DNA of 49,329 nt from an uncultured delta proteobacterium (GTDB lineage Bacteria > Myxococcota_A > Polyangia > Haliangiales > Haliangiaceae), in contig CAVYYE010000009.1 in assembly GCA_963772655.1 (NCBI GenBank), positions 278,343-327,671 of the forward strand. The letters are read 5' to 3'. Below the pieces are notes generated by a model. It was not told the origin of the DNA. It made no database searches and saw only the letters and a program-made list of their open reading frames with translations. The translations under genes were made by a program, and so were the position numbers. Of this stretch, positions 10,398-19,552 are shown piece by piece (the stretch's first letter is position 1; each line of letters begins with the position of its first letter).

Positions 10398-11219
10398 GTG
10401 TCCACGAGCGCGGCAGAGCAGATCGACGAGCGGATGACGGCGAGTCGTCGCGAGGCCAAGTACCTCGTGACGTCGGAACAAGCTCGCACCATCGCCCGCG
10501 AGGTCAGTCGCCGGATCGACACGCACCGGCATCGTGGCGAAGGAGCGAACCTGTTGCCCGCGCCCCACCACTACGTCACCACGATCTACTTCGACACCGC
10601 GAGCCGGACGCTGTTCGAATCGGCGCGTGCGTCCGATCAACACCTCAAGCTGCGCGCGAAGGAGTACCACGACCTCCATCCGGGACTGACCGAGACCGCG
10701 ACCGATCCCCGGCAACTCGTTCGCTACCGACCCGTGCTGTGGCTCGAGATCAAACACCGCGAGGGCGACCACACCGGCAAGCAGCGGATCGGGATTCCCA
10801 AGCGCGACGTTCCGGCGTTCTTCACCGACGGTCGAATCACGCCCGCGATGGTCAAGGTCGAGAAGCGCGACGTGCTCGATGCCGTCGCGCGCTTGTGTGC
10901 ACGCTGCAACGAGCCGCTGCGCGCCGACTGCCTGGTCAACTACCGGCGCAACGCGTGGCAAGACCCTGCCGGCGGCCTGCGCGTCACGATCGACACCGGC
11001 CTGACGTTCTTCGCGCCTCCAGACGACCTCTGGAGTCGCGAGTGGGCGCTCGTGCGACCCACGCTCGGAGCTCCGGTCGCCACCGAGGCTCGGCGCGTGC
11101 TCGAGGTGAAGAGTCACGGTGAGCCGCCCCGCTGGTTGGTGGAGCAACTCGATACGCTCGGGATCGAACCGCTGCCGTTCAGCAAGTTCGAGGCCGCGTC
11201 GAGCGCCGTACATGGCTAG
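10398..11219 (+). CDS. VTC-domain (CYTH-like, polyphosphate-polymerase-type domain) protein
   Basis: REAKYLV ... LKLRAKEY ... LWLEIKHREG motifs typical of bacterial VTC-domain proteins. GTG start with a GAGGAG Shine-Dalgarno. Confidence 0.6.
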   Translation: MSTSAAEQIDERMTASRREAKYLVTSEQARTIAREVSRRIDTHRHRGEGANLLPAPHHYVTTIYFDTASRTLFESARASDQHLKLRAKEYHDLHPGLTETATDPRQLVRYRPVLWLEIKHREGDHTGKQRIGIPKRDVPAFFTDGRITPAMVKVEKRDVLDAVARLCARCNEPLRADCLVNYRRNAWQDPAGGLRVTIDTGLTFFAPPDDLWSREWALVRPTLGAPVATEARRVLEVKSHGEPPRWLVEQLDTLGIEPLPFSKFEAASSAVHG

Positions 11220-13221
11220 CAGCCGCCGCGTTCGGGCCGCGATCCGGTGGTCGCTGACCGTCGCGATCGTGATCTACGCGGTCCTCGATCGCGGTGGCGA
11301 CGACGAGCGACGCCGCGCGGAACCGAGCGACGAGCCCGGTGTGGCATCGCGCCTCCGGATCACGGCGATCAGCGATGCGGACGTGAGCCCGGGCGACGCG
11401 ATCATCGTGTCGTACGACGGCGCCGAGGGGGCGGAGCCGATCACGGCCACGCTCGCCAAACACCCGGCCGAGATCCTGGTGCGGAAGCCGTCCGCGGTCG
11501 TCGTGCGAATCTCGAACGAAGTCGACTACGGCAAGGCCAAGCTCCGGCTCTATCAGGGCGACCGCAAGTCGAAGTCGTGGGACCTCCACGTCCGCGCGAC
11601 CCACCACAAGAAGCTGATCGGACGGCTGCTCGGCGGGCTCGCACTGTTCGTGTTCGGGCTCGGCCTGTTGGCGCTCGGCGTCCGCGGGCTCGCCGGTCAG
11701 GGGCTCCGCACGCTGCTCGGCCGGCTCACGCAATCGCCGACCAAGGCGCTCGGCGTCGGGGTTCTGGTGGGAGCCGTCACGCAGCTCACCACCTCGGCCG
11801 CCGCGTTCACCGTGAGCCTCGTCGAAGCGCGCCTGCTCGCGTTCGCGTCGACGATCGCGGTGTTCGTCGGGGCGCAACTCGGCGCGTCGATCACCGGGGC
11901 GCTGCTGCCGGTTCCGGTCGCGCGCGAGAGCTTGCTGATCATCGCGATCGGCGTGGTGTGGACCCGACTATCGACCGGGCGCCGCGCACAGGCGGTCTCC
12001 CGGTTGGTGCTCGGTGCCGGGCTCATGCTCTACGGACTGCATCTCCTCCAGAGCAGCATCGAGCCGCTCGTCGGAGATCCGCAGATCCTGCCCTACGTCG
12101 GCTACCTCCAGGCCGACGGAGCGATCGCGCTACTGACCTGCGCCGCCACCGGAGCGTTGCTCGCGTTCGTGCTCCAGGGTCCCGGCCCGATCTACGTGCT
12201 GGTGGTCGGGCTCGCGCAGGCGAGCGGAGCCATCCCGCTGACCAACGCGCTCGCGATCCTCGCCGGAACCAGCGCCGGAGCAGCGCTGGGAATGGCGCTG
12301 GTCGCACAATCCAACCGGTCGACGCGAAAACTGGCGATCCCTCACCTCGCATACGGCATCGCCGCCACGTTGTTCGCGCTCGCGACGCTACCCGTGTGGA
12401 CGGGCCTCGCCGAAGCGATCATCGGAAGCGAGACCGCCGCGGTCGAATACGGCCACTCCGTCGTGCGCGTGCACATGTCGGCTCGTCTCGCGATCGGCTT
12501 CGCCGGTTCGCAGCTCGCCGCGGCAGCACTGTGGTTGGCCGTGCTGCCTGCCCTGACCGCGAGGGTGATCCGCCATCGCGAGGCGGCGCCCCCTGCCCCT
12601 CCGCCCCAGTCCGCCGACGCACTCGCGCTCGCGACCCAGCGCGAGCTGGCGAAGATCCTCGCTCGCCAGCGACTCGTGGTCGAGATCGCGCTCGAGACCT
12701 CCTGCGCGTCGGAGCGTGCACGCGCCGCAGACGCGGAGGAAGCGCTGGCAGAGGCGCGCCGGCAAATGGAGCTCCACTACGCCCGGCTCCAGGCGAGCCC
12801 GACGACCGCCGAGCTCGAGCGTCTCAAACGGGTGATGGTCGCGGGCCTTCAGCTCCAGCGGATGGTCGAGCAACTGGTGCAGGTGGCCGAGCTCGGCGTC
12901 GAGCGACGTCTCGTCCTGACCGCGATGGAACAGGAGCGTCTCCGCGCGATGCACGCGCTCGCGCGGGAATCCTTCGACGCCGTGATCGCCGCGCTCGAAG
13001 GAGGGTCGATCGATCTCGAGGCCGCGGGCGCTCGCGAGATCAAGATGAACCTGCTCGAGGCCGAGGGTCGCGCCACGTCATTCGAGGTGCGTGGTCGAGG
13101 AAGTGACAACACCTCGCCGGTTCGTCTCGGGATCGCCGAGCTGATCGACGCCTTCGAGCACGTCGGGAATCACCTGTTTCGCGTCGCCAACGCCTCGGCC
13201 GACGAGGGAGAGCTGGCGTGA
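11212..13221 (+). CDS. Na+/phosphate cotransporter (NptA/Na_Pi_cotrans family) with a C-terminal PhoU-like domain
   Basis: Polytopic N-terminal half carrying TQLTTSAAAF (the TxxQSSSA family motif). Coiled-coil C-terminus. Overlaps the VTC gene by 8 nt. Confidence 0.8.
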   Translation: MASSRRVRAAIRWSLTVAIVIYAVLDRGGDDERRRAEPSDEPGVASRLRITAISDADVSPGDAIIVSYDGAEGAEPITATLAKHPAEILVRKPSAVVVRISNEVDYGKAKLRLYQGDRKSKSWDLHVRATHHKKLIGRLLGGLALFVFGLGLLALGVRGLAGQGLRTLLGRLTQSPTKALGVGVLVGAVTQLTTSAAAFTVSLVEARLLAFASTIAVFVGAQLGASITGALLPVPVARESLLIIAIGVVWTRLSTGRRAQAVSRLVLGAGLMLYGLHLLQSSIEPLVGDPQILPYVGYLQADGAIALLTCAATGALLAFVLQGPGPIYVLVVGLAQASGAIPLTNALAILAGTSAGAALGMALVAQSNRSTRKLAIPHLAYGIAATLFALATLPVWTGLAEAIIGSETAAVEYGHSVVRVHMSARLAIGFAGSQLAAAALWLAVLPALTARVIRHREAAPPAPPPQSADALALATQRELAKILARQRLVVEIALETSCASERARAADAEEALAEARRQMELHYARLQASPTTAELERLKRVMVAGLQLQRMVEQLVQVAELGVERRLVLTAMEQERLRAMHALARESFDAVIAALEGGSIDLEAAGAREIKMNLLEAEGRATSFEVRGRGSDNTSPVRLGIAELIDAFEHVGNHLFRVANASADEGELA

Positions 13222-13228
13222 TGGACGG

Positions 13229-14881
13229 TCAGGCTCGGATCACGACCTGGCGCCACAACGCCACGTCGGACGGGTGCTGCTCGAGCGCGCGGACGACGAG
13301 CGCGTGACCGCGATTGGTCCGCGCCAACGGCCCGAGGCTCTTCACGACCGTCGCGGGCCAACTCTCGAGCCACCGCTCGCGGAGCTCCCACGCCGGCGCC
13401 GAGTCGAGCCCGACGATTGAATCGAGCGCCTCCTCGGAGGCAGTCGCTTGCGCGCGCAGCTCCCAGGCGCGTGGATCGTCGAGCAGGGACAGCGAACGCA
13501 TGACGGTCTTGGGGGCGCGCACCAGGTCGCGCCGGCGCCACTTCCACGCTCGCTCGTCGACGACACCGGTGGTCGCCTCGAGGGCGGCGACCGGCGCCAC
13601 CGCGCGAAGCTCCCGCCGCACCTTCCAAGCGCGAGGATTGTCGAGGCCGAACACCGAGTCGCAGGCGATTGTCGCCGTGGGTACGTCGTCGATGCCCGCG
13701 AGGCCACCGACGCGCTCGAGCCACGCCTCGCGGGCGGACCACGCCCGCTCGCCGGCCACCGCGCCGAGCGAACGAGCGACGTGCTCCGCGGGCAGCCGCT
13801 CGCGAAGCTCCCACGCGAGGTCGTCGTCCCGGCCCCACAACGCGCTTCCCACCTCGCGCGGGTAGCCGGCGACCAGTGCGCGCAGCAACCGAGGTGCGTC
13901 GGGGTGTGCAGCCGCCTCACCGACGAGCGTGCGCGCGACCTCGCCCGGGGCGCGATCGACGAGCGCGTGGCGAAGCTCCCAGCTCGACGCGTCGTTCAAC
14001 CATTTGAGGCCGGCCGCCACGACGTCCGGAACGTGCTCCGCGAGCGCGCGTCGTCGCTCCGCGGCCTGTTCGCCGGGAACACCGTCGAGAAAGTACGCCG
14101 CGAGCGCGGGCTCGCGTGTGGCGCGGCGGTCGATCCAGTCGAACAGTGCGGCACGGGCGGCCGCGACGTCGGCGGCAGCGATCCGGTCGGGTTGCTCCGG
14201 CGCACGCATCCGCGCACGGCCCGCGGCCACGCCGTCGCGACACGCATGGCGCACGACCTCGACGAGTGCGTCGGCGGTCGCCACGAGGTCGGCGTCGGTA
14301 TTGTCGACGACCAACCAGCGATCCGGATCGGCCGCGGCGAGGGCTCGGTACCCCTCTCGCAGACGACGCTGCAGTCCCGCGCCGGTCAGCCCCTTGCGAG
14401 ACGGTGGCTTGACCTCGCGCACGATCAGCTTGGACGCCTTGCGGCGGGCGCGCGCGATTTGGGGCTCGACGTCGACGAGGATCACGAGATCCGGCGCGAA
14501 GCCCGCGGCGGCCGCGGTCACCACCGGCGCGACCTGATCCGCCGACATTCCACGTCCGAACCGCGCCAGCACCTCGGCCGTGTAGAAGAACCGATCCGCG
14601 ATCACGACATCGTCGCGTTCGAGGGCGGGCCGCGTCACTTCGTCGAGCAGCTGGACCTCGCGGGTCAGGTAGAGCATGAGCTCCGCGCGCGGCGTCAGGG
14701 CGAGGTTGCGGGCGTCACGCCCGAGCTCGCGCATCGCCTGGGTCACGCTCGAGGCGAACGTGCCTCCCTCCCGGGCGTGCGTGACGCGAAGCCCGCCGTC
14801 GCGCAGGCGGGTAGCGACGAGATTGGACAGCGTGGTCTTGCCACCGCCGTCGATGCCTTCGAATACGACAAATATCCCCAC
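13229..14881 (-). CDS. thymidylate-kinase-like P-loop domain fused to a ~350-aa C-terminal AWELR tandem-repeat domain
   Basis: N-terminus FVVFEGIDGGGKTT, DRFFYTAEV and LVILVDVEP match Tmk. Downstream there are at least six degenerate repeats (DDLAWELRERL, NPRAWKVRRELR, DERAWKWRRRDL, DPRAWELRAQA, SAPAWELRERWL). GTG start chosen; the ORF extends to 14935. Confidence 0.6.
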   Translation of the reverse strand: MGIFVVFEGIDGGGKTTLSNLVATRLRDGGLRVTHAREGGTFASSVTQAMRELGRDARNLALTPRAELMLYLTREVQLLDEVTRPALERDDVVIADRFFYTAEVLARFGRGMSADQVAPVVTAAAAGFAPDLVILVDVEPQIARARRKASKLIVREVKPPSRKGLTGAGLQRRLREGYRALAAADPDRWLVVDNTDADLVATADALVEVVRHACRDGVAAGRARMRAPEQPDRIAAADVAAARAALFDWIDRRATREPALAAYFLDGVPGEQAAERRRALAEHVPDVVAAGLKWLNDASSWELRHALVDRAPGEVARTLVGEAAAHPDAPRLLRALVAGYPREVGSALWGRDDDLAWELRERLPAEHVARSLGAVAGERAWSAREAWLERVGGLAGIDDVPTATIACDSVFGLDNPRAWKVRRELRAVAPVAALEATTGVVDERAWKWRRRDLVRAPKTVMRSLSLLDDPRAWELRAQATASEEALDSIVGLDSAPAWELRERWLESWPATVVKSLGPLARTNRGHALVVRALEQHPSDVALWRQVVIRA

Positions 14882-14900
14882 GGTGGACCGAGGTAGCAAA

Positions 14901-16709
14901 GTGGCGACCGTAACCACAACGCGCCGCAGCCACATCGATCCGAAGGATCTCCCGGAAGTTCAGCGCGCGACGCTGCGCAGGATCTTCACATACCTCCGTC
15001 CGTATCGTGCACAGACGATGCTGGTGGTGGCCGCGATCGTGTTGAGCGCGGGGCTCGGACTCACACCGTCGCTATGCATCAAGGCGATCGTCGACGACGC
15101 GATTCCGGGGGCCAACCGGACCGAGTTACTCGTACTCGCGGGCGCGATGATCGCCGGGCCGCTGCTCGCCGGGTTGCTCTCCGTGCTCCAGCGCTACATG
15201 GCCGCGTACATCGCGGAGCACGTGATGTACGACCTGCGCAACCAGGTCTTCCGTCACGTCCAGAGACAATCGATCAGCTACTTCATGACCGCGCGCCCCG
15301 GGGAGGTCGTGTCGCGCGTGCTCAACGACGTCCAGGGTGTCGGCCAGATGCTGCGAGACAACCTGGTCAAGGTGCTCCAGAACGCGCTCGTCGTCGCGAC
15401 GGCTGCCGGGGCGATCCTGTGGCTCGACTGGCGTCTCGCGATCGTCGCGCTCGCCCTGTTGCCCGCGTTCATCTTGCCGACCCGGAGGATCGGCCAGCGG
15501 CGCAAGAAGCTGAAGCGCCGTGCCCAGGCCTCGCTCGCCGAGGTCACGGGCGTGCTCCTCGAGACGCTGTCGGTTTCGGGTGCGCTGCTCGTCAAGGTGT
15601 CCGGCTCCGAGGAGCACGAGGCCGCCCGCCTCGAGGAGAAGACCAGCGAGCTGCGCGAAGTCTCGCTGCGGCACAACCTCGTCGGCCGCTGGTTCCAGAT
15701 GCTGATGAAGTGGTTCGAAGAAATCGGACCCGCGCTGATCTACGCGTTCGGTGGCTGGCTCGTGATCAGCGGCGAGCTCGCGCTCGGCACGGTGGTCGCG
15801 TTCGTGGCGCTGCTCAAGCGCCTGTACTCGCCGGCCTCCGACCTCGCGACCGTGCGGGTCGACGTCGTCACGTCGTACGCGTACTTCGATCGGATCTTCT
15901 CGGTCCTCGACCTCGTGCCCGCGATCCGGGATGCGCCCGGTGCCGAGCCGTTGCGCGAGGCGCAGGGGGCGATCCGGTTCGAGCACGTCTCGTTCTCGTA
16001 TCCCGGTGGCGACGGCGCCACGCTCGAGAACATCGACCTCGACATCGCACCGGGTCAGTGCGTGGCGCTCGTCGGACGTTCGGGGGCGGGAAAGAGCACG
16101 CTCGCCGCGCTGGTGTCACGGCTCTACGACCCGATCGAGGGTCGGGTCCTCGTCGACGGACACGATCTCCGCGCGCTCCAGGTCGCGTCGGTACGCGCAC
16201 ACATCGCGGTCGTCACCCAGGAGACCTACCTGTTCCACGAGAGCATCCTGGAGAACCTGCGGTACGCGCGGCCGGAGGCGACACGCGAACAGATCGAGGA
16301 GGCCGCTCGGTCCGCCCAGATTCACGACTTCATCGCGAGCCTGCCGGAGGGTTACGACACGGTCGTCGGCGATCGCGGCTACCGACTCTCGGGCGGCGAG
16401 CGACAGCGTCTCGCGATCGCGCGCGCGTTGCTCAAGGATCCGAGGATCCTCATCCTCGACGAAGCGACGAGCTCCCTCGACAGTCACAACGAGCTACTGA
16501 TCCAGAGCGCGCTCGAACCGCTCCTCGCGAATCGCACGAGCCTCGTGATCGCGCACCGGCTGTCCACGATCCGGAAAGCGAACCTCATCGTGGTGCTCGA
16601 CAAGGGGCGGATCGTCGAGCTGGGAACGCACGAGCAGCTGTTGGGGAACACCGGCCGGTACGCGGAGCTGCTGCGCGAGCAGCAACGCGCGGCTGACGGG
16701 GCCGATTGA
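14901..16709 (+). CDS. ABC exporter, fused permease/ATPase (MsbA/MdlB type)
   Basis: Six-TM domain followed by an NBD with GRSGAGKST, LSGGERQRLAIARAL and ILILDEATSSLD. GTG start after a GAGGT Shine-Dalgarno; the ORF extends to 14676. Confidence 0.8.
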   Translation: MATVTTTRRSHIDPKDLPEVQRATLRRIFTYLRPYRAQTMLVVAAIVLSAGLGLTPSLCIKAIVDDAIPGANRTELLVLAGAMIAGPLLAGLLSVLQRYMAAYIAEHVMYDLRNQVFRHVQRQSISYFMTARPGEVVSRVLNDVQGVGQMLRDNLVKVLQNALVVATAAGAILWLDWRLAIVALALLPAFILPTRRIGQRRKKLKRRAQASLAEVTGVLLETLSVSGALLVKVSGSEEHEAARLEEKTSELREVSLRHNLVGRWFQMLMKWFEEIGPALIYAFGGWLVISGELALGTVVAFVALLKRLYSPASDLATVRVDVVTSYAYFDRIFSVLDLVPAIRDAPGAEPLREAQGAIRFEHVSFSYPGGDGATLENIDLDIAPGQCVALVGRSGAGKSTLAALVSRLYDPIEGRVLVDGHDLRALQVASVRAHIAVVTQETYLFHESILENLRYARPEATREQIEEAARSAQIHDFIASLPEGYDTVVGDRGYRLSGGERQRLAIARALLKDPRILILDEATSSLDSHNELLIQSALEPLLANRTSLVIAHRLSTIRKANLIVVLDKGRIVELGTHEQLLGNTGRYAELLREQQRAADGAD

Positions 16710-16903
16710 CCCACGGCCGATCGTTCGAGCGATAACGTCGTTCTCGGGGACGTGCCTCGGTCGTGAGCGAGGAGGATCCGGGCGAAATACCGGCGGATTT
16801 CGCAGCGGTAATCCGGGGTGTAATGGATCGGCAGCTGCAGCGTCGTGTCGGTGAGGCCCCATGAATCCGCACAGCCACGAACATCAGGACTGACCACACG
16901 CAT

Positions 16904-19222
16904 TTGGTACCCGTGGGCGCAAGTTCTGCGACCGATCCGGTGTGCGGGATGTCCGTCGATGCGACGACCGCGCACCGGATCGTGCACGAAGGCACGGAGG
17001 TGCTGTTCTGCAGCGCCCGGTGCAAGGACAAGTTCGTCGCCGACCCGTCGAAGTACCCGCCGTCGGTGACCGCCGAGGCGAGCGGCCAGATGCCGGCATG
17101 CGCCGCGGCGCCCGCGGGCACCACGTACACGTGCCCGATGCACCCGGAGATCGTGCGCGACGGCCCGGGCAGCTGCCCGATCTGCGGCATGGCGCTCGAG
17201 CCGATGCTGCCGAGTCTCGACGACGGGCCCGATCCGGAGCTTCGCGACATGCGGCGGCGGTTCGTCGTGTCGGTGTTGTTCACGGTTCCGCTGTTCGCGC
17301 TCGTGATGGGCGAGATGCTCGGGGTGTCGATCCTCGGCGGGCGGACGCGCGTGTGGGTCGAGCTCGGGCTCGCCCTGCCCGTCTGTACGTGGGCGGCGTG
17401 GCCGTTCTACGTCCGGTTCGCGCACTCGATCGCGAACCGCCGGCTCAACATGTTCACGCTGATCGGCCTCGGCGTCGGGGTGGCGTTCGGCTACAGCCTG
17501 GTCGCGACGCTCGTGCCCGGTGCGTTTCCCGCATCGTTTCACAACGACGACGGCACGATCGCGACCTACTTCGAGGCCGCCGGCGTGATCACCACGCTGA
17601 TCCTGCTCGGTCAGGTGCTCGAGCTTCGCGCGCGGAGCCAGACCGGTGCCGCGATCAAGCAGCTCCTCGGCCTCGCGGCCACCAGCGCACGCCGGATCGA
17701 CGACGCCGGCAACGAGCGCGACATCCCGCTCGATCAGGTCGAGGTCGGCGATCGGCTGCGCGTCCGCCCGGGCGAGAAGGTGCCGGTCGACGGCGTCGTG
17801 CTCGACGGCACGTCCTCGATCGACGAGTCGATGGTCACCGGCGAGCCGATTCCCGTCGAGAAACACGCCGGCGATCCGGTGATCGGCGCGACCATCAACG
17901 GCACCGGGGCGCTGGTGATGCGTGCCGACAAGGTCGGGTCCGAGACGCTGCTGTCGCGGATCGTCGGGATGGTCGCGGAGGCGCAGCGCAGTCGCGCACC
18001 GATCCAGAAGCTCGCCGATCAGGTCGCGGCGTGGTTCGTGCCGATCGTCGTGGCGATCGCGGTCGTCACGTTCGTCGTGTGGGCGCTGGTCGGGCCCGAG
18101 CCGAGGATGGCGCGCGCGATCATCGACGCCGTCGCGGTGCTCATCATCGCCTGTCCGTGCGCGCTCGGCCTCGCGACGCCGGTGTCGATCATGGTCGCGA
18201 CCGGCCGCGGCGCCACCACCGGCGTACTGTTCAGGAACGCCGAGGCGATCGAGGTCATGCGCAAGGTCGACACGCTCGTCGTCGACAAGACCGGCACCCT
18301 GACCGAGGGCAAGCCGCGCCTGGTGTCGGTGGTGCCCGCGGGAGAGCTCGACGAGTCGACGCTGCTCCGGCTGGTCGCGAGCCTCGAGCGCGGCAGCGAG
18401 CACCCGCTCGCGGCCGCGATCGTCGCCGGCGCCAGCGACCGCGGCCTCGACCTCGCCGACGTCGCCGACTTCGAGTCACTGACGGGCAAGGGCGTGCGCG
18501 GATCGATCGCGGGTCGCCCGGTCGCGCTCGGCAATCGCGCGATGATGGAGACGATCGACGTCGACGTGACGCCCGTCGCCGAGCGCGCCGAAGCGCTTCG
18601 CGGCGACGGCCAGACGGTGATGTTCGTGGCGGTCGACGGCACGCTGGCGGGTCTGGTCGGCGTCGCCGATCCGATCAAGGACACCACGCCCGACGCGATC
18701 CGCGCGCTCCACGCCGAGGGTCTGCGCATCGTGATGATGACCGGCGACAGCGAGACCACGGCCCGGGCAGTCGCGAACAAGCTCGGGCTCGACGACGCGA
18801 TCGCCGAGGTCCTGCCCGATCAGAAGGCCGAGCACGTGAAGCGTCTGCAGGGCGAAGGCCGGATCGTCGCGATGGCGGGCGACGGCATCAACGACGCCCC
18901 CGCGCTCGCCCGGGCACACGTGGGCATCGCGATGGGCACCGGCACCGATGTCGCGATGGAGAGTGCGCAGGTCACCCTCGTGAAGGGCGACCTTCGCGGC
19001 ATCGTCCGGGCTCGCACGCTGTCGCGCCAGACGATGGCGAACATCAAGCAGAACCTGTTCTTCGCGTTCGTCTACAACGCGGCCGGCATCCCGATCGCCG
19101 CCGGCGTCCTGTATCCGCTGACCGGCTGGTTGATGTCGCCGATGCTCGCCGCGCTCGCGATGAGCTTCAGCTCGGTGTCCGTGATCAGCAACGCGCTGCG
19201 GCTACGCCGCGTGGCGATCTGA
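16904..19222 (+). CDS. heavy-metal (Cu+/Ag+ type, P1B) translocating P-type ATPase with an N-terminal YHS/TRASH domain
   Basis: [15 protein letters not shown] (YHS), CPMHPE..CPICGM metal-binding motif, CPC in TM6, [21 protein letters not shown] start uncertain. Confidence 0.85.
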   Translation: MVPVGASSATDPVCGMSVDATTAHRIVHEGTEVLFCSARCKDKFVADPSKYPPSVTAEASGQMPACAAAPAGTTYTCPMHPEIVRDGPGSCPICGMALEPMLPSLDDGPDPELRDMRRRFVVSVLFTVPLFALVMGEMLGVSILGGRTRVWVELGLALPVCTWAAWPFYVRFAHSIANRRLNMFTLIGLGVGVAFGYSLVATLVPGAFPASFHNDDGTIATYFEAAGVITTLILLGQVLELRARSQTGAAIKQLLGLAATSARRIDDAGNERDIPLDQVEVGDRLRVRPGEKVPVDGVVLDGTSSIDESMVTGEPIPVEKHAGDPVIGATINGTGALVMRADKVGSETLLSRIVGMVAEAQRSRAPIQKLADQVAAWFVPIVVAIAVVTFVVWALVGPEPRMARAIIDAVAVLIIACPCALGLATPVSIMVATGRGATTGVLFRNAEAIEVMRKVDTLVVDKTGTLTEGKPRLVSVVPAGELDESTLLRLVASLERGSEHPLAAAIVAGASDRGLDLADVADFESLTGKGVRGSIAGRPVALGNRAMMETIDVDVTPVAERAEALRGDGQTVMFVAVDGTLAGLVGVADPIKDTTPDAIRALHAEGLRIVMMTGDSETTARAVANKLGLDDAIAEVLPDQKAEHVKRLQGEGRIVAMAGDGINDAPALARAHVGIAMGTGTDVAMESAQVTLVKGDLRGIVRARTLSRQTMANIKQNLFFAFVYNAAGIPIAAGVLYPLTGWLMSPMLAALAMSFSSVSVISNALRLRRVAI

Positions 19223-19231
19223 CCGTCGAGA

Positions 19232-19375
19232 TCACAGGTAATCGACAAAGAACATCGAGACGACCAGCGCGGCCAGGACCGCCACGAGCAAGGTTCCCCA
19301 CAGGAACCGTTGCTGCGCTCCGCCTCGGATGTTCATGACGAAACCGCGATCGTCGAATGTCTCTAGCTTCTGCAT
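19232..19375 (-). CDS. possible small single-TM protein (47 aa)
   Basis: MQKLETFDDRGFVMNIRGGAQQRFLWGTLLVAVLAALVVSMFFVDYL. Convergent with the ATPase. No homology recognised. Confidence 0.2.
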   Translation of the reverse strand: MQKLETFDDRGFVMNIRGGAQQRFLWGTLLVAVLAALVVSMFFVDYL

Positions 19376-19552
19376 GGCGTTTCTCCTGCTGCTACGAGCA
19401 GCAGCAAGTGCCATGCCCTGCGTGGCGCGTGGAGCACCCGAACACCGACCCGATTCGCGCATGACTTGCGTCCGGCCGAATCGATCAAGCCTTCGCTGCG
19501 CCACTGCGCCGGCAGATCCAGCCACCATCCACAGTGAAAGAAACGAGCAACC

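Noticed and set aside
11247-13106. 619-aa alternate-frame ORF over the Na/Pi cotransporter, and similar shadow ORFs at 13448..14896, 15074..16696, 23735..25744, 27316..28839, 30275..32209, 30495..31952, 33056..34564, 34724..35971, 3293..4405 and 55..900
   Set aside because: All lie within or antisense to well-supported genes and are low-complexity Arg/Ala/Gly-rich. They are GC-skew artefacts.
16484-18403. 639-aa minus-strand ORF, and 798-aa plus-strand alternate frame at 16942..19338, over the P-type ATPase
   Set aside because: Both overlap the ATPase gene in other frames and have extreme Arg/Pro/Gly bias without motifs.
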